Shown: one piece after another, positions 38,129 to 46,933 of the stretch
How the letters are laid out: each line of letters opens with the position of its first letter
How positions within the stretch are numbered: the stretch's first letter is position 1
Assembly (NCBI GenBank): GCA_017617125.1
Contig: JAFZWY010000008.1
Span: 78,386 to 142,385, forward strand
Direction of reading: 5' to 3'
Source of the DNA: Bacteroidales bacterium
Lineage (GTDB): Bacteria; Bacteroidota; Bacteroidia; Bacteroidales; ML635J-15
DNA length: 64,000 bases
Notes under the pieces: generated by a model
Told to the model about the DNA's origin: nothing
What the model saw: the letters and a program-made list of their open reading frames with translations, nothing else
Database searches by the model: none
Made by a program: the position numbers and the translations under genes

Positions 38129-40192
38129 ATGAAAAGAATAGTTTTCCCATTAATTGTTTTGGCAATGGTAGCGTTTGTTTCGTGCAAGGATTCTAACAAG
38201 GAGAATGGTGCAGTGGTAGCCGAATTCAGGATTCCGCAAAACGACATTGAAAGGACAGTCCGCAGCTTGAAGGAGTTCTGCAACGGACAGGAGTCGGACC
38301 GTATAGAGAAGGGCGTATCTCAGGTTGCCGCCTTGTGGCAGGAGCAGGATGGTTCGCTCGACGACTTCTACGATTTCTGTATGACAAACTTTGTGCTTGA
38401 CTCGGCAAAGCGCTTCGAGACCTACAAGAAAATCGAGCGTGACCTTGAAATCCTTTACGGCTATGGCAACACAATGACCATCAAGTTGATGGAGCCTCTG
38501 CACCTTGATATGGGCGAAGTCGATTTTGTCGATGAGGCTATGGGCGCATATTCAACCACGGCGCATATTGCCGACGATTTGTTTGCCAACAAGATGGCTT
38601 TCTACATCGTGCTTAACTTCCCGTCGTACTCGCTTGCCGAGAAGAATGCCCTCTGCGACAAGTGGACGCGTCAGGACTGGGCGTATGCTCGTCTGGGCGA
38701 CAAGTTTACATCGCGCATACCGGCCGAATACGAACAGGCCGCCAATGTTGCAATGACCAACGCCGACAACTACATATCGAGCTACAACATTTATATGGGA
38801 AATCTCGTGGATAACAATGGACAGACATTGTTCCCAAAGGATATGAAACTCATCAGCCACTGGAATCTGCGCGACGAACTGAAGTCCGACTATTCTGATT
38901 CGGAGCACGGACTCGAGAAGCAGCAGATGATTTATGATGTGATGTTGCATATTGTAAATCAAGACATTCCGCAGGATGTAATCAACTCCGACAAGTACCA
39001 GTGGAATCCGCGCACCAACAAGCTTTACAAGGATGGGGCAGAGGTTTCTAGTCCTGCCGAACCGTTTACCCGCTACGAACATATTCTGTACAATTTTAAG
39101 GCTTTGTCGGCAATGGACAAGTTCAACTCGGTTTATCCGACCTACATCGAAAGGGCCTTCGACGAGACAATGGAACTTACGCAGGATGAGGTGGAAAAGT
39201 TGTTCATCGACTTTATTTCCGCACCCGAAATTGCACAGGTCGGTCAGTTGGTTTCAAGTCGTCTTGGTCGTCCGTTGCAGCCATACGACATCTGGTACAA
39301 TGGTTTTACAGCCCGCAACGACATGAACGAGGCGGAACTTGACCGCATAACCCGTCAGCGTTATCCAAATCCGTCGGCATTTGGCCGCGATATTCCGCGA
39401 ATACTTAACGATTTGGGCTGGTCGCGCGAAAAGGCAAACTCTATCGCAGCAAAAATCAGCGTTGACCCTGCCCGTGGTGCTGGTCATGCTTGGGGCAGCG
39501 AAATGAAGGGCGATGTGGCTCACCTGCGTACAAGGATTGCAAAAAGCGGTATGGATTACAAGGGTTACAACATTGCAGTTCACGAGCTTGGACATTGCGT
39601 AGAGCAGACCATAACCCTTTACGACATTGACTACTATATGCTGAAAGGCATTCCTAACACCGCATTTACCGAAGCAGTTGCATTTATGTTCCAAGGTTGC
39701 GACCTGAAGTTGCTCGGACAGGCAAAGGGCGACACTTCGGAGGAGAAGGAAGCAATGGCTGCATTGGAAAACTGCTGGTCGGCATACGAAATCATGGGTG
39801 TTTCGCTTGTTGACCTGTACACTTGGCGCTGGATGTACGAAAATCAGGATGCCAATGCTCAGGAACTTCGCGATGCAGTGGTTTCCATTGCAAAGGATGT
39901 ATGGAACAAGTATTACGCACCTGTTTTCGGTGTGAAGGATTCACCGATACTTGCAATTTACTCGCACATGATTGATTCGCCGTTGTATCTGGCAAATTAT
40001 CCAGTAGGACATCTTATCGACTATCAGATAGAAACTTATATGGCCGACAAGCCGTTCTCTGAAGAACTTACAAGAATGCTTCTGCAAGGTTCCATCACTC
40101 CGCAGGCATGGATGAAGGGCGCTGTAGGAAGCGAAATCTCCGGCGAACCGACATTGGCAGGAGTAAGAAAGGCATTGACTATTGTGAAGTAA
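38129..40192 (+). CDS. Lipoprotein with HExxH zinc-metallopeptidase motif (family unassigned; M3/PepF-like at best)
   Basis: Lipobox AFVSC and the single motif VHELGHCVEQ, about 500 residues from the N-terminus; 687 aa. Confidence 0.45.
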   Translation: MKRIVFPLIVLAMVAFVSCKDSNKENGAVVAEFRIPQNDIERTVRSLKEFCNGQESDRIEKGVSQVAALWQEQDGSLDDFYDFCMTNFVLDSAKRFETYKKIERDLEILYGYGNTMTIKLMEPLHLDMGEVDFVDEAMGAYSTTAHIADDLFANKMAFYIVLNFPSYSLAEKNALCDKWTRQDWAYARLGDKFTSRIPAEYEQAANVAMTNADNYISSYNIYMGNLVDNNGQTLFPKDMKLISHWNLRDELKSDYSDSEHGLEKQQMIYDVMLHIVNQDIPQDVINSDKYQWNPRTNKLYKDGAEVSSPAEPFTRYEHILYNFKALSAMDKFNSVYPTYIERAFDETMELTQDEVEKLFIDFISAPEIAQVGQLVSSRLGRPLQPYDIWYNGFTARNDMNEAELDRITRQRYPNPSAFGRDIPRILNDLGWSREKANSIAAKISVDPARGAGHAWGSEMKGDVAHLRTRIAKSGMDYKGYNIAVHELGHCVEQTITLYDIDYYMLKGIPNTAFTEAVAFMFQGCDLKLLGQAKGDTSEEKEAMAALENCWSAYEIMGVSLVDLYTWRWMYENQDANAQELRDAVVSIAKDVWNKYYAPVFGVKDSPILAIYSHMIDSPLYLANYPVGHLIDYQIETYMADKPFSEELTRMLLQGSITPQAWMKGAVGSEISGEPTLAGVRKALTIVK

Positions 40193-40243
40193 TATTTGAG
40201 ATATTTTGCACGAGTAATAGGTTTATTATTCGTGGTTCAATAA

Positions 40244-40273
40244 AAAAGGTCGTCCCAATCGGAACGACCTTTT
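40244..40273. terminator. Bidirectional hairpin terminator between convergent genes
   Basis: aaaaggtcgt ... acgacctttt, flanked by A- and T-runs. Confidence 0.65.
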
Positions 40274-40292
40274 ATTTTGATTTGAAAAAATC

Positions 40293-41513
40293 TTAGCAGA
40301 ACGAAAGTATCGACTTCTTGATTCTTTCGATAGCATCGCGCAATTCTTCTTCGCTGATTACCAGAGGTGGAGCGAAGCGGATGATGTGCTGGTGTGTCGG
40401 CTTTGCAAGAACGCCGTTTTCGGCCATCTTCAAGCAAACATCCCATGCTTCCTTGCCGTTCATAGGCTTAATGATAACTGCGTTCAACAAACCTTTACCA
40501 CGAACCTTTTCAATCATCGGAGATTTAATCTTCATGATTTCTTCGCGGAAAATCTTGCCGAGGTATTCAGCTCTTTCGGTGAGCTTTTCTTCCTTGATAA
40601 CTTCCAAAGCAGCGATACTTACGCGGGTTGCCAATGGGTTACCACCGAATGTTGAACCGTGTTCACCTGGCTTTATTGTCAACATGATTTCATCGTCTGC
40701 CAATGCTGCCGAAATCGGGAATACGCCACCGCCGAGAGCCTTACCGAGTATAAGGATGTCGGGACGAACGCCTTCGTGGTCGCAAGCAAGCATCTTACCT
40801 GTACGAGCTATACCGCACTGTACTTCGTCTGCCATGAACAATACATTGTACTTCTTGCAGATGTCGTAGCATTTCTTCAGGTAGCCTTCGTCTGGAACAT
40901 AAACACCAGCTTCGCCCTGAATAGGTTCAAGAAGGAAACCAGCAACCTTGTCACCCTTTTCTGCGAGTACCTTTTCCAAAGCAGCAGGATCGTTGTAAGG
41001 TATGCGGATGAAACCAGGAGTCAAAGGACCGTAGTTTGCGTATGAATCTGGGTCGTTAGACATGGTGATGATAGTGATTGTACGTCCGTGGAAGTTACCT
41101 TCGCAGCATACGATCAAAGTTTCATCGTTTGGAATACCCTTTACTACAGTACCCCAGCGGCGAGCGAGTTTAAGAGCGGTTTCGTCTGCTTCTGCACCAG
41201 AGTTCATCGGGAGAACCTTGTCGTATCCGAAGTATTTGGTTACGTATTCTTCCCATTCGCCAAGGCAGTCGTTGTAGAATGCTCTTGAACTCAATGTGAG
41301 CTTCTGAGCCTGGTCGGTGAGAGCCTTTACGATTTTCGGGTGGCAGTGACCCTGGTTAACTGCTGAATATGCAGAAAGAAAATCATAATATTCCTTTCCT
41401 TCAACGTCCCAAACCTTTGCGCCTTTAGCCTTTGCAAAAACTACTGGTAGCGGATGATAGTTGTGTGCTCCGTACTTTGCTTCCAGTTCGATGTAATCTT
41501 TTGAAGTCTTCAT
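40293..41513 (-). CDS. rocD: Ornithine aminotransferase (class III PLP aminotransferase)
   Basis: The N-terminal [43 protein letters not shown] is typical of RocD, and [11 protein letters not shown] is present. Confidence 0.8.
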   Translation of the reverse strand: MKTSKDYIELEAKYGAHNYHPLPVVFAKAKGAKVWDVEGKEYYDFLSAYSAVNQGHCHPKIVKALTDQAQKLTLSSRAFYNDCLGEWEEYVTKYFGYDKVLPMNSGAEADETALKLARRWGTVVKGIPNDETLIVCCEGNFHGRTITIITMSNDPDSYANYGPLTPGFIRIPYNDPAALEKVLAEKGDKVAGFLLEPIQGEAGVYVPDEGYLKKCYDICKKYNVLFMADEVQCGIARTGKMLACDHEGVRPDILILGKALGGGVFPISAALADDEIMLTIKPGEHGSTFGGNPLATRVSIAALEVIKEEKLTERAEYLGKIFREEIMKIKSPMIEKVRGKGLLNAVIIKPMNGKEAWDVCLKMAENGVLAKPTHQHIIRFAPPLVISEEELRDAIERIKKSILSFC

Positions 41514-41552
41514 TTTACTAATTTGTTTTTAATTTTGATTATGTTAATAAGT

Positions 41553-43268
41553 TTATTTTGCTTCCAATAGGTGTTTTGTGTCGTCCTCGACAATGTGCTT
41601 GTACCAGTCGTTGCCATATTTTGGCTGCTTAACTTCCGGTGAGTAGTACTTGTAACCTTCAGGAACTTCGCGTTCGGTCTTGATGTTGCCGTCAACATAC
41701 TTTACGAACAGGCTAGCAAAGAGGTTCTGCCATGTTTGCATTGTGTTTTCCGAAGCCTTAGCCGAATATTCGGTAAGTTTCTTTGCTACATTCTGCGGAT
41801 TGTTGGCTGCTTCTTCGCGAAGGTCGCCTTCAATCTTTGCGGTCTCGTCCTTGAAGCTTCTGTGCAAATCTCTTCTGACGGTCTCGATTTCAGGATAGAT
41901 GTCGCAGTAGCGTGTGTAAGCGAAGTTTGATACGAGGTTGAAAATCCAGAAAGCTGCATCCGGTTTGAATTTCATCATCGAGCCGTTTCCTTCGCGGTAA
42001 GCGTATGGAATTTCGGTGATAGATGCGTACATAGGAACATAAACTGTTGTTGCGCAGTCGTCAACGCCAAACCAGTTGATAGCACCAAGTACATCGGGCA
42101 AATTGCCACGCAACTGTGCTACAAACGAGAAACCGGTCTGCTGTGTTCCAGTTGCTCTTTCGTGGATGTAGTTCTTTCCGTTGTATTCCCAAGTCATTGG
42201 TCTCCAGCGATAAGGGCAGTTGAAAGGACCAGCTCCGATTCCCTTGCTCATATCAAGTTCGGTACCTTCGAGGTGGTTGCCCATATTGTGCATTACAGTT
42301 TCGAGAGTTACAGGCTTAGCGGGTTTTACCCACAGAGGCATTCTGTTGGTTGCGTAGCCGTTGGCATCGTATTCAATCTTGGTGCCCTTTGCGTATTCCC
42401 AGTACTGGTCCATACCTTCGGCAACATCGTTGAAGAAAGCCCATACGCGGATTTCGCAGAAGCGAGCACCGCTGAAATCAACTGGTGCGTAGGTATCGGA
42501 GAAACTGAAATCGGCATCGTTGCCCTTGAAGTAACCCTTTTCGCGAGCGAAAGTGATAACATCGTCGGAGTAAACGCAGGTTATGTTCTTGTCGGTGAGG
42601 AGCTTGTCGATGTTCTTGAAAGTAACGACATCCTTGCTCTTCTTTGTTGCCTGCGGGAAAGTGGTGATTCTTGCCTGGTTAGCGTGAGCCGAAACATATC
42701 CGTCGGGAATCATTCTTGCAACCCAAACTGCACCTTTCTGACCTTTGCCCTTGCCGATAACTTCGAGAATCCAAGCCTCGTCCTTGTCAACGATTGAGAA
42801 GGATTCGCCTTCGCTGACATATCCGTACTTGCTCATGAGTTCGGTCATGACCTTTATGGCTTCGCGGGCGTTCTTTGCACGCTGTAATGCAAGGTAAATG
42901 AGGCTTCCGTAGTCGATGATGCCGTCGCCTTCCCAGAGTTCTTCGCGGCCACCGTAAGTGGTTTCACCGATTGCAAGCTGGTGTTCGTTTACATTACCAA
43001 CAACATTATAGGTGTGGAGTACCTGTGGGATGTCACCGAGGTATTGTCCCGAGTCCCAGTTGTATATTTTCATCATTGTGCCTGGCTGGTAGTCAGCAGC
43101 AGGACGATAGTAGAGTTCACCGTAGAGTACGTGGCTGTCGGCGGCGTAGCTGAGGAATGCGGAACCGTCGTTCGATGCGCCTTTGGTAACAATGAAGTTC
43201 GTGCAAGCGAAACTTGCACTTGCGCTGAACATAAGCGCGATAGTCAATAATGCGAATAATTTTCTCAT
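41553..43268 (-). CDS. C69 family dipeptidase
   Basis: The signal peptide ends directly at the nucleophile Cys (ASFACTNFIVTKGASNDGS), as in peptidase C69; 571 aa. Confidence 0.8.
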   Translation of the reverse strand: MRKLFALLTIALMFSASASFACTNFIVTKGASNDGSAFLSYAADSHVLYGELYYRPAADYQPGTMMKIYNWDSGQYLGDIPQVLHTYNVVGNVNEHQLAIGETTYGGREELWEGDGIIDYGSLIYLALQRAKNAREAIKVMTELMSKYGYVSEGESFSIVDKDEAWILEVIGKGKGQKGAVWVARMIPDGYVSAHANQARITTFPQATKKSKDVVTFKNIDKLLTDKNITCVYSDDVITFAREKGYFKGNDADFSFSDTYAPVDFSGARFCEIRVWAFFNDVAEGMDQYWEYAKGTKIEYDANGYATNRMPLWVKPAKPVTLETVMHNMGNHLEGTELDMSKGIGAGPFNCPYRWRPMTWEYNGKNYIHERATGTQQTGFSFVAQLRGNLPDVLGAINWFGVDDCATTVYVPMYASITEIPYAYREGNGSMMKFKPDAAFWIFNLVSNFAYTRYCDIYPEIETVRRDLHRSFKDETAKIEGDLREEAANNPQNVAKKLTEYSAKASENTMQTWQNLFASLFVKYVDGNIKTEREVPEGYKYYSPEVKQPKYGNDWYKHIVEDDTKHLLEAK

Positions 43269-43291
43269 CTCTATGTTTTTTAGTTTGACTG

Positions 43292-43299
43292 CAAATTTA
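43292..43299 (-). promoter_or_regulatory. -7 promoter box (TAnnTTTG)
   Basis: Minus-strand TAAATTTG, 23 nt upstream of the ATG at 43268. Confidence 0.5.
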
Positions 43300-43442
43300 A
43301 TATTTATTCCAATACCATAGAAAAGAAATTTGTTTAAAGATTTAAGGATTCAATAATTTAACTTCGTTGAGCAAAAGGTTGTGGATTTGAATGATTTGAT
43401 AGATTTGAAAAATTGAAAATTCTAGTGTTTGAATATTGTTGA

Positions 43443-43527
43443 GTCGTGGCGTGCCGCGACTGTCCGTTATGTCCTGGCGTTGCGGGCAATGTCGCGGTTT
43501 GTTGAGACGCAAAATTTTGCGTCTGTA
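43443..43527. repeat. GC-rich palindromes in the intergenic region
   Basis: gtcgtggcgtgccgcgac (43443-43460) is related to 52694-52711. agacgcaaaattttgcgtct (43505-43524) is identical to 32376-32395. Confidence 0.8.
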
Positions 43528-43539
43528 CAATATTTATTT

Positions 43540-43547
43540 TAATTTTG
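43540..43547 (+). promoter_or_regulatory. -7 promoter box (TAnnTTTG)
   Basis: TAATTTTG, 14 nt upstream of the ATG at 43562. Confidence 0.5.
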
Positions 43548-43561
43548 CAAAAAATCCGATT

Positions 43562-45442
43562 ATGCTTTTCGACAAGGAAAAATATAGCCGTCCTCATGCG
43601 ATTGCGCTGCTTGTGATAGTGGTGTTGGGTGCGGTACTGCGTCTGGTCGGGTTCTTCGACTGCCCGTTTACTCACGACGAACTGAGTGCCGTGCGTCGTC
43701 TGCAGTTCGACAGTTTCATGGATATGATTCGCGACGGCGTTATGCTTTTCGAAGGGCACCCTGCTGGCGTGCAGTCGTTCCTGTGGTTCTGGTCGAAGAT
43801 TTTCGGAACATCGGAGATTGCAATTCGTCTGCCGTTCGTGCTTATGGGTATTGCCTGCATTCCGCTGATGTACCTTGTTACTAAGATATGGTTCAACCGC
43901 ACGGCAGGAATCTTTGCGGCTTCGATAATTGCAGTAAGCCAATATACAATATACTACTCAATACTTGCTCGTCCGTACATTTTCGGACTTTTCTTTGTGC
44001 TACTGACCTTGGTTTACTGGTCACGGATGATTTATGAAAAGGATTATTCGTGGAAAAATGTGATTCTGTTTGGCGTTTTTGCCTCGTGCAGTGCCTATAC
44101 CCACCAGTTCTCGATGATGGTAGCGTTCATTATTGGCATTGCCGGCCTACTTTTCCAATCGCGCAAGTCGATAGTTAGGTATCTGTTGGCAGCCTTGGTA
44201 GCTATAGTGCTTTATGTGCCACATATTCCGATAACAATTTACCAGCTAACCGAACTCAAGGGTGTTGGCGGGTGGCTTGGCACACCAACATTTGATTTTG
44301 TTACCCAATACTTCCGATATCTTACACATTTCTCGTATATCGTATTGATTTTGGCAGTGTTGTGCATAATAATATCTGGCGAATATACGCGTGAACATTT
44401 TTCGGCAACATATAAGAAGTTTATTACTGCAATTTTGCTTTTCGCGATTCCTTTCGCAGCTGGTTACTGGTATTCGGTGCTTGTCGATCCTGTATTACAG
44501 CAGTCGTGCCTGATATTTTCGTTTCCCTTCCTTGTGCTGGCGGCGTGCTCGCTGGTAGGCGAAAACTTCAATCCGCTGAGGATGGTTTCGGTTGCTGTTT
44601 ATTGTGTGGCAATGGTAATGAGCCTTATTTTTGTCCGCGAACATTATACTATGATTGACAAGTGGATATTTGAGCCGGGAGTAAAGACTCTTATCGATTG
44701 TGAAGAAAAATATGGCAAGGAAAATGTTTGCGGTTTGCTGAATTTCAGTGATAAGTTTATTGAGTATTATGAAAATAAGTTTGGCAAGAAGATAGAAAAC
44801 AAGTATGCTGGCTACGATCCATCGGCACTATGCAGGCTGTTGGAAAATGAAAATGCCGAATATCTGGTTGCTGCCAAACTTGATGACTTTGAGATGTATG
44901 TAGCAAGGCGGTACTATCCGTATGTGCTTGACTATTCGGAATATATAGGTGCTGAAATTTATGTTTTGTCCAAGACGGAACAGCCGGAATGTGAAATGCC
45001 GAAGCCTTTATTCGACCGTACCTACGACTTGACTGGCTACAACGTTGATAACGAGTGGATGACCTTGCTCGATACGCCATTTGTGGCTCTTTCTGATTCT
45101 CGTTTTGTGAGGATGGATGTCGAAATGACCTATATGCAAAGAGATACCGCTGATGATTTCCTGATTGCGTTGCAGGCGTTTGATGCGAATGGAGAGTCGT
45201 ATGATTGGCGCGAGTCTAGGGTGAAGAATTTCTCGGTTCCTGTAAACGATAGTGTCCGCAGTATTTTGATACCGATGAGGTACGAGCTGATATTCAAGGA
45301 TTCGCGTAAACTTTCCGACTATTCGATAAAGTCTTTCCTTTGGAATATCGACCATGTGAAGTCGGTGCGACCGTTGAATGCGAGGATTAGGGTGACTCCT
45401 GATAACAAGTACATTTATTCGACGGGGGAGGAGTTGGAGTGA
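43562..45442 (+). CDS. Glycosyltransferase family 39 (ArnT/PMT_2-like) membrane protein
   Basis: The start is moved to the ATG at 43562 (MLFDKEKYSR). The N-terminal RLVGFFDCPFTHDEL...GTSEIAIRLPFVLMGI is typical of GT39; the protein is polytopic with a soluble C-terminal domain. Confidence 0.65.
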   Translation: MLFDKEKYSRPHAIALLVIVVLGAVLRLVGFFDCPFTHDELSAVRRLQFDSFMDMIRDGVMLFEGHPAGVQSFLWFWSKIFGTSEIAIRLPFVLMGIACIPLMYLVTKIWFNRTAGIFAASIIAVSQYTIYYSILARPYIFGLFFVLLTLVYWSRMIYEKDYSWKNVILFGVFASCSAYTHQFSMMVAFIIGIAGLLFQSRKSIVRYLLAALVAIVLYVPHIPITIYQLTELKGVGGWLGTPTFDFVTQYFRYLTHFSYIVLILAVLCIIISGEYTREHFSATYKKFITAILLFAIPFAAGYWYSVLVDPVLQQSCLIFSFPFLVLAACSLVGENFNPLRMVSVAVYCVAMVMSLIFVREHYTMIDKWIFEPGVKTLIDCEEKYGKENVCGLLNFSDKFIEYYENKFGKKIENKYAGYDPSALCRLLENENAEYLVAAKLDDFEMYVARRYYPYVLDYSEYIGAEIYVLSKTEQPECEMPKPLFDRTYDLTGYNVDNEWMTLLDTPFVALSDSRFVRMDVEMTYMQRDTADDFLIALQAFDANGESYDWRESRVKNFSVPVNDSVRSILIPMRYELIFKDSRKLSDYSIKSFLWNIDHVKSVRPLNARIRVTPDNKYIYSTGEELE

Positions 45443-45540
45443 AATGATTGGAGCTAAACTGGCTGGCTTCCTGCACAAGTTTAACGACTTTCAGCTTGTT
45501 TTTCTGTCTGTTAGCCTGTCAGCTTGTTCGCCTGTTAGCC
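45443..45540 (+). repeat. Stop-proximal hairpin element, degenerate member
   Basis: It begins aatgattggagctaaactggc immediately after the TGA and ends gcctgttagcc. There is an internal duplication tcagcttgtt...ctgttagcc x2. Confidence 0.55.
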
Positions 45541-45544
45541 TCTT

Positions 45545-46822
45545 CTAAATCTTGTTAATTTCCTTCATTATCTGGAATCCAATGTTGCAGTTTAGGCATC
45601 TTTTGGCATCGCAGTAATTTTTCTTAAGGTATAGCATTGCCTGCGAGTCGAGTGCGTTGTCGCATGCAATCTTGCCAATCTCGGCAAAGGCGCGGGTCTC
45701 CCTGTTGTCCTCGGCCTTGATGGAGCGCATCATGTCGATTGTTTTTTCGCTGTCGAAGTTCGGATTTGTGGTCTTTCCGTAAAGGTACGAAAATGGAATT
45801 ACGGTGTTAATGAGAATCTTGTCGATTGTTTGCATCCCGATTTTTGTTTCCTTTTCTTTGGCGGAAAGTTTGCCGAGCGAAAAGTGCGTTTTCCAATAGT
45901 CGGACAGCTTAAGGTTGTCGAAAATGTTACGGTCGAAGCGATTGTTGAGTATTCTGTCGGCGAGCAGTTGGAATTTCTGCATTATGGCGGCAAACTGTGC
46001 AAGCCGTGTTTCCGGTGAATTGACAGGGTGCATCTTCGAGCGTTTCCACATCGATTCTGGAATTGGTGTCAGATTGTATTTCTTTTGCTGAAAATGGTAT
46101 TCGTCGGCAAGTTTTTTCGTGTATTCGTCGTTTGGCTGGCGTTCAAGCATTCCTGCCTGACCGAATGCTATCGCTTCGAGAGTGAACAGATTGTCGGTGT
46201 TGTGTAGCATTACGTTGAGTGGTGTGTGCATTGCAAGCTGTTCGAAGGGTAGGGCGTTTGTGCCGAAACCGAAGTTGCGAGCAAGAACAATATATAGGGT
46301 TTCGTTCCAGTTGCCATTGGTGAGGTTTAGGATTTCGCTTATATGTTCCGACTTGTGTTCGAGCCTTTCGACGGCCATCTTTTCCATCCACATAGAAATG
46401 TGTATGTTGTCGACGAGGTCTATGTAGTCGGCGCAGGCAATTGGCTTTTCGTTTAGCTTGAAGTCGGAATAACGGTTGAATATAGTTTGCGGAAACGAAA
46501 TTTCCCATGTCGGCAAGGTCCGTCCGTTTGGCAAGGTTATGTCGCAGTCGCTGTTGTACACCACATGCAATATTACATTGTCGTAGGCGTGGTCGCCGTC
46601 GTGGTGGTGCTTGTGCCAGTCGGATGCGTTTACGTGGATTTCTACGTTGCCAACCCAGACGATTCCGTCGATCTTAATTTTGGCATTGAAGAAGTCGGGG
46701 CCCGAATCGTGGTTGTGAAGGCCAGTGTCTATTATTTCGAACGGCGTGTTGTCGGTAAGCAGTTCTGTGCCCTTAGTCCAAAGTCGGTTCTTGTATATGA
46801 AGTGCAGAAAGTCCTCGTGCAT
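45545..46822 (-). CDS. DUF2851 family protein
   Basis: MHEDFLHFIYKNRLW...GPDFFNAKIKIDGIVWVGNVEIHVNASDWHKHHH matches the DUF2851 N-terminal signature. The start is the ATG at 46822. Confidence 0.7.
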   Translation of the reverse strand: MHEDFLHFIYKNRLWTKGTELLTDNTPFEIIDTGLHNHDSGPDFFNAKIKIDGIVWVGNVEIHVNASDWHKHHHDGDHAYDNVILHVVYNSDCDITLPNGRTLPTWEISFPQTIFNRYSDFKLNEKPIACADYIDLVDNIHISMWMEKMAVERLEHKSEHISEILNLTNGNWNETLYIVLARNFGFGTNALPFEQLAMHTPLNVMLHNTDNLFTLEAIAFGQAGMLERQPNDEYTKKLADEYHFQQKKYNLTPIPESMWKRSKMHPVNSPETRLAQFAAIMQKFQLLADRILNNRFDRNIFDNLKLSDYWKTHFSLGKLSAKEKETKIGMQTIDKILINTVIPFSYLYGKTTNPNFDSEKTIDMMRSIKAEDNRETRAFAEIGKIACDNALDSQAMLYLKKNYCDAKRCLNCNIGFQIMKEINKI

Positions 46823-46839
46823 GGCAATGTTGTTTGATG

Positions 46840-46847
46840 CAAATATA
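46840..46847 (-). promoter_or_regulatory. -7 promoter box (TAnnTTTG)
   Basis: Minus-strand TATATTTG, 17 nt upstream of the ATG at 46822. Confidence 0.5.
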
Positions 46848-46933
46848 ATTAACAATGGACAATTAACATTGGTGATGATAAAAAAATCCTCGCATCGAAA
46901 CCGATACGAGGATTTTTTTTGTCGTTGTGTTTG

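Noticed and set aside
43358-43942. A 194-aa minus ORF, and the 5' extension of the GT39 ORF back to 43436.
   Set aside because: Both run through the intergenic palindromes and the promoter box at 43540. The GT39 protein starts sensibly at the ATG at 43562.
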